Translations under genes and position numbers: made by a program
Assembly: GCA_903858965.1 (NCBI GenBank)
Contig: CAIOKY010000075.1
Span: 1,319-65,318 of the forward strand
Source: an uncultured Nitrosomonadales bacterium
GTDB lineage: Bacteria > Pseudomonadota > Gammaproteobacteria > Burkholderiales > Gallionellaceae
Direction: 5' to 3'
DNA length: 64,000 bases
The notes under the pieces: generated by a model
Told to the model about the DNA's origin: nothing
The model's database searches: none
The model's input: only the letters and a program-made list of their open reading frames with translations
Shown: piece after piece, positions 63,306-64,000 of the stretch
Position numbering within the stretch: position 1 is the stretch's first letter
Layout of the letters: each line of letters starts with the position of its first letter

Positions 63306-63821
63306 TTATTTTGTGGCCCGTAGATCATTTAGCTTTAGAAGTGCTGTGCCTTGCTCGACTGAGTTAATTGAGAAAGCCCCTCCGCATTGACTTCCTCCCG
63401 ACTCAACCGAAGCGCCGATTGCTCCGAAGGTGAGAATCGAAAGTAAATTAGCAAGTCGAGGTTGCACTTCAAAATAGTATGAAATCCCTCCGGACACATC
63501 AATGGGTAGTTCACACTTTCCTGGTGTGTCCCACATATCTATCGCGATAACGTGCTTGCCTTCTGGGACGTCGAATGTACTGAAACCGCCATAATCACAA
63601 CTCCCTGAATTACCGCTGTCAATCTTCACGGTGGCAGCACGAGCAGAATATTGCATACTCTCTTTGGTGCGGAACACTATAAGTCGAGCCTTTGAAGATG
63701 AGATTGCCTGCTGAGTTGATATCACATCGGAGTAACGAGAGCCGGCAGCTGCACAACCAGAAAGAATTACAGGAATGATTCCTATTAATAGTAGCTTCAT
63801 GTTTGCCATAGTTATTCCCAT
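63306..63821 (-). CDS. DUF2846-like lipoprotein
   Basis: LSGC lipobox, ARLIVFR, GKHVI, YYFEV; AT-rich. Confidence 0.72.
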   Translation of the reverse strand: MGITMANMKLLLIGIIPVILSGCAAAGSRYSDVISTQQAISSSKARLIVFRTKESMQYSARAATVKIDSGNSGSCDYGGFSTFDVPEGKHVIAIDMWDTPGKCELPIDVSGGISYYFEVQPRLANLLSILTFGAIGASVESGGSQCGGAFSINSVEQGTALLKLNDLRATK

Positions 63822-63878
63822 AGTTGTGCCTATCGTATTTTGGCTGGCCGTGTCTGCCTGTTTTACGACTTAAAATGA

Positions 63879-63908
63879 AATGTCCGCTTTTGGCACTAAG
63901 CGGACATT
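63879..63908. repeat. Perfect 11-bp inverted repeat upstream of the DUF2846-like gene
   Basis: aatgtccgctt-ttggcact-aagcggacatt. Confidence 0.8.
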
Positions 63909-63912
63909 CAAT

Positions 63913-64000
63913 CTAAATCTTCAGTCGTTCCACCACCCGCCCGTTCTTCAAATGCTCTTCGATGATTTCGTCGAGATCTTTTTCATCCACGTAGGTATAC
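63913..64000 (-). CDS. (2Fe-2S) thioredoxin-like ferredoxin, C-terminal fragment
   Basis: Minus strand reads YTYVDEKDLDEIIEEHLKNGRVVERLKI*; 5' part lies outside the window. Confidence 0.8.
   Translation of the reverse strand, partial: YTYVDEKDLDEIIEEHLKNGRVVERLKI

Noticed and set aside
63082-63912. Classical integron attC sites or cassette array
   Set aside because: No RYYYAAC...GTTRRRY pairs with L boxes and no intI in the window.

Overview
64 kb of betaproteobacterial core chromosome. Gene order and protein sequences resemble Gallionellaceae/Nitrosomonadales (inference). It runs from a partial groEL to a partial (2Fe-2S) ferredoxin. Housekeeping content: groESL with CIRCE and a sigma32-like promoter, bioA, dacB, ubiD, two lipid A-type acyltransferases, metK, an SAH riboswitch leading ahcY-holin family-metF-trhP, ttcA, cca, slt, kefC, purH/purD, dusB-fis, dsbC, mltA, apaG, ilvA, aceE-aceF, nadD-rsfS-rlmH-maf-rng, yggS-proC-yggT-yggU, pilT-pilU and nodIJ. 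I saw no tRNA/rRNA genes, CRISPR array, transposase or integrase. Main points for a second look: (1) a family of short imperfect palindromes beside AT-rich single accessory genes (DUF2846-like lipoprotein, PEP-CTERM protein, a beta-barrel gene); (2) a ~120 bp palindromic element translated in frame at the N-terminus of trhP; (3) a 2-nt frameshift splitting cca; (4) an AT-rich Sel1/LprI-like gene wedged between purH and purD; (5) a promoter-plus-terminator bounded, ORF-less ~170 nt sRNA candidate; (6) c-di-GMP parts, including a cysteine-less LOV-type PAS-GGDEF protein and a stand-alone MshEN-like protein; (7) five outer-membrane beta-barrel genes. All calls come from reading the sequence; no database searches were run.
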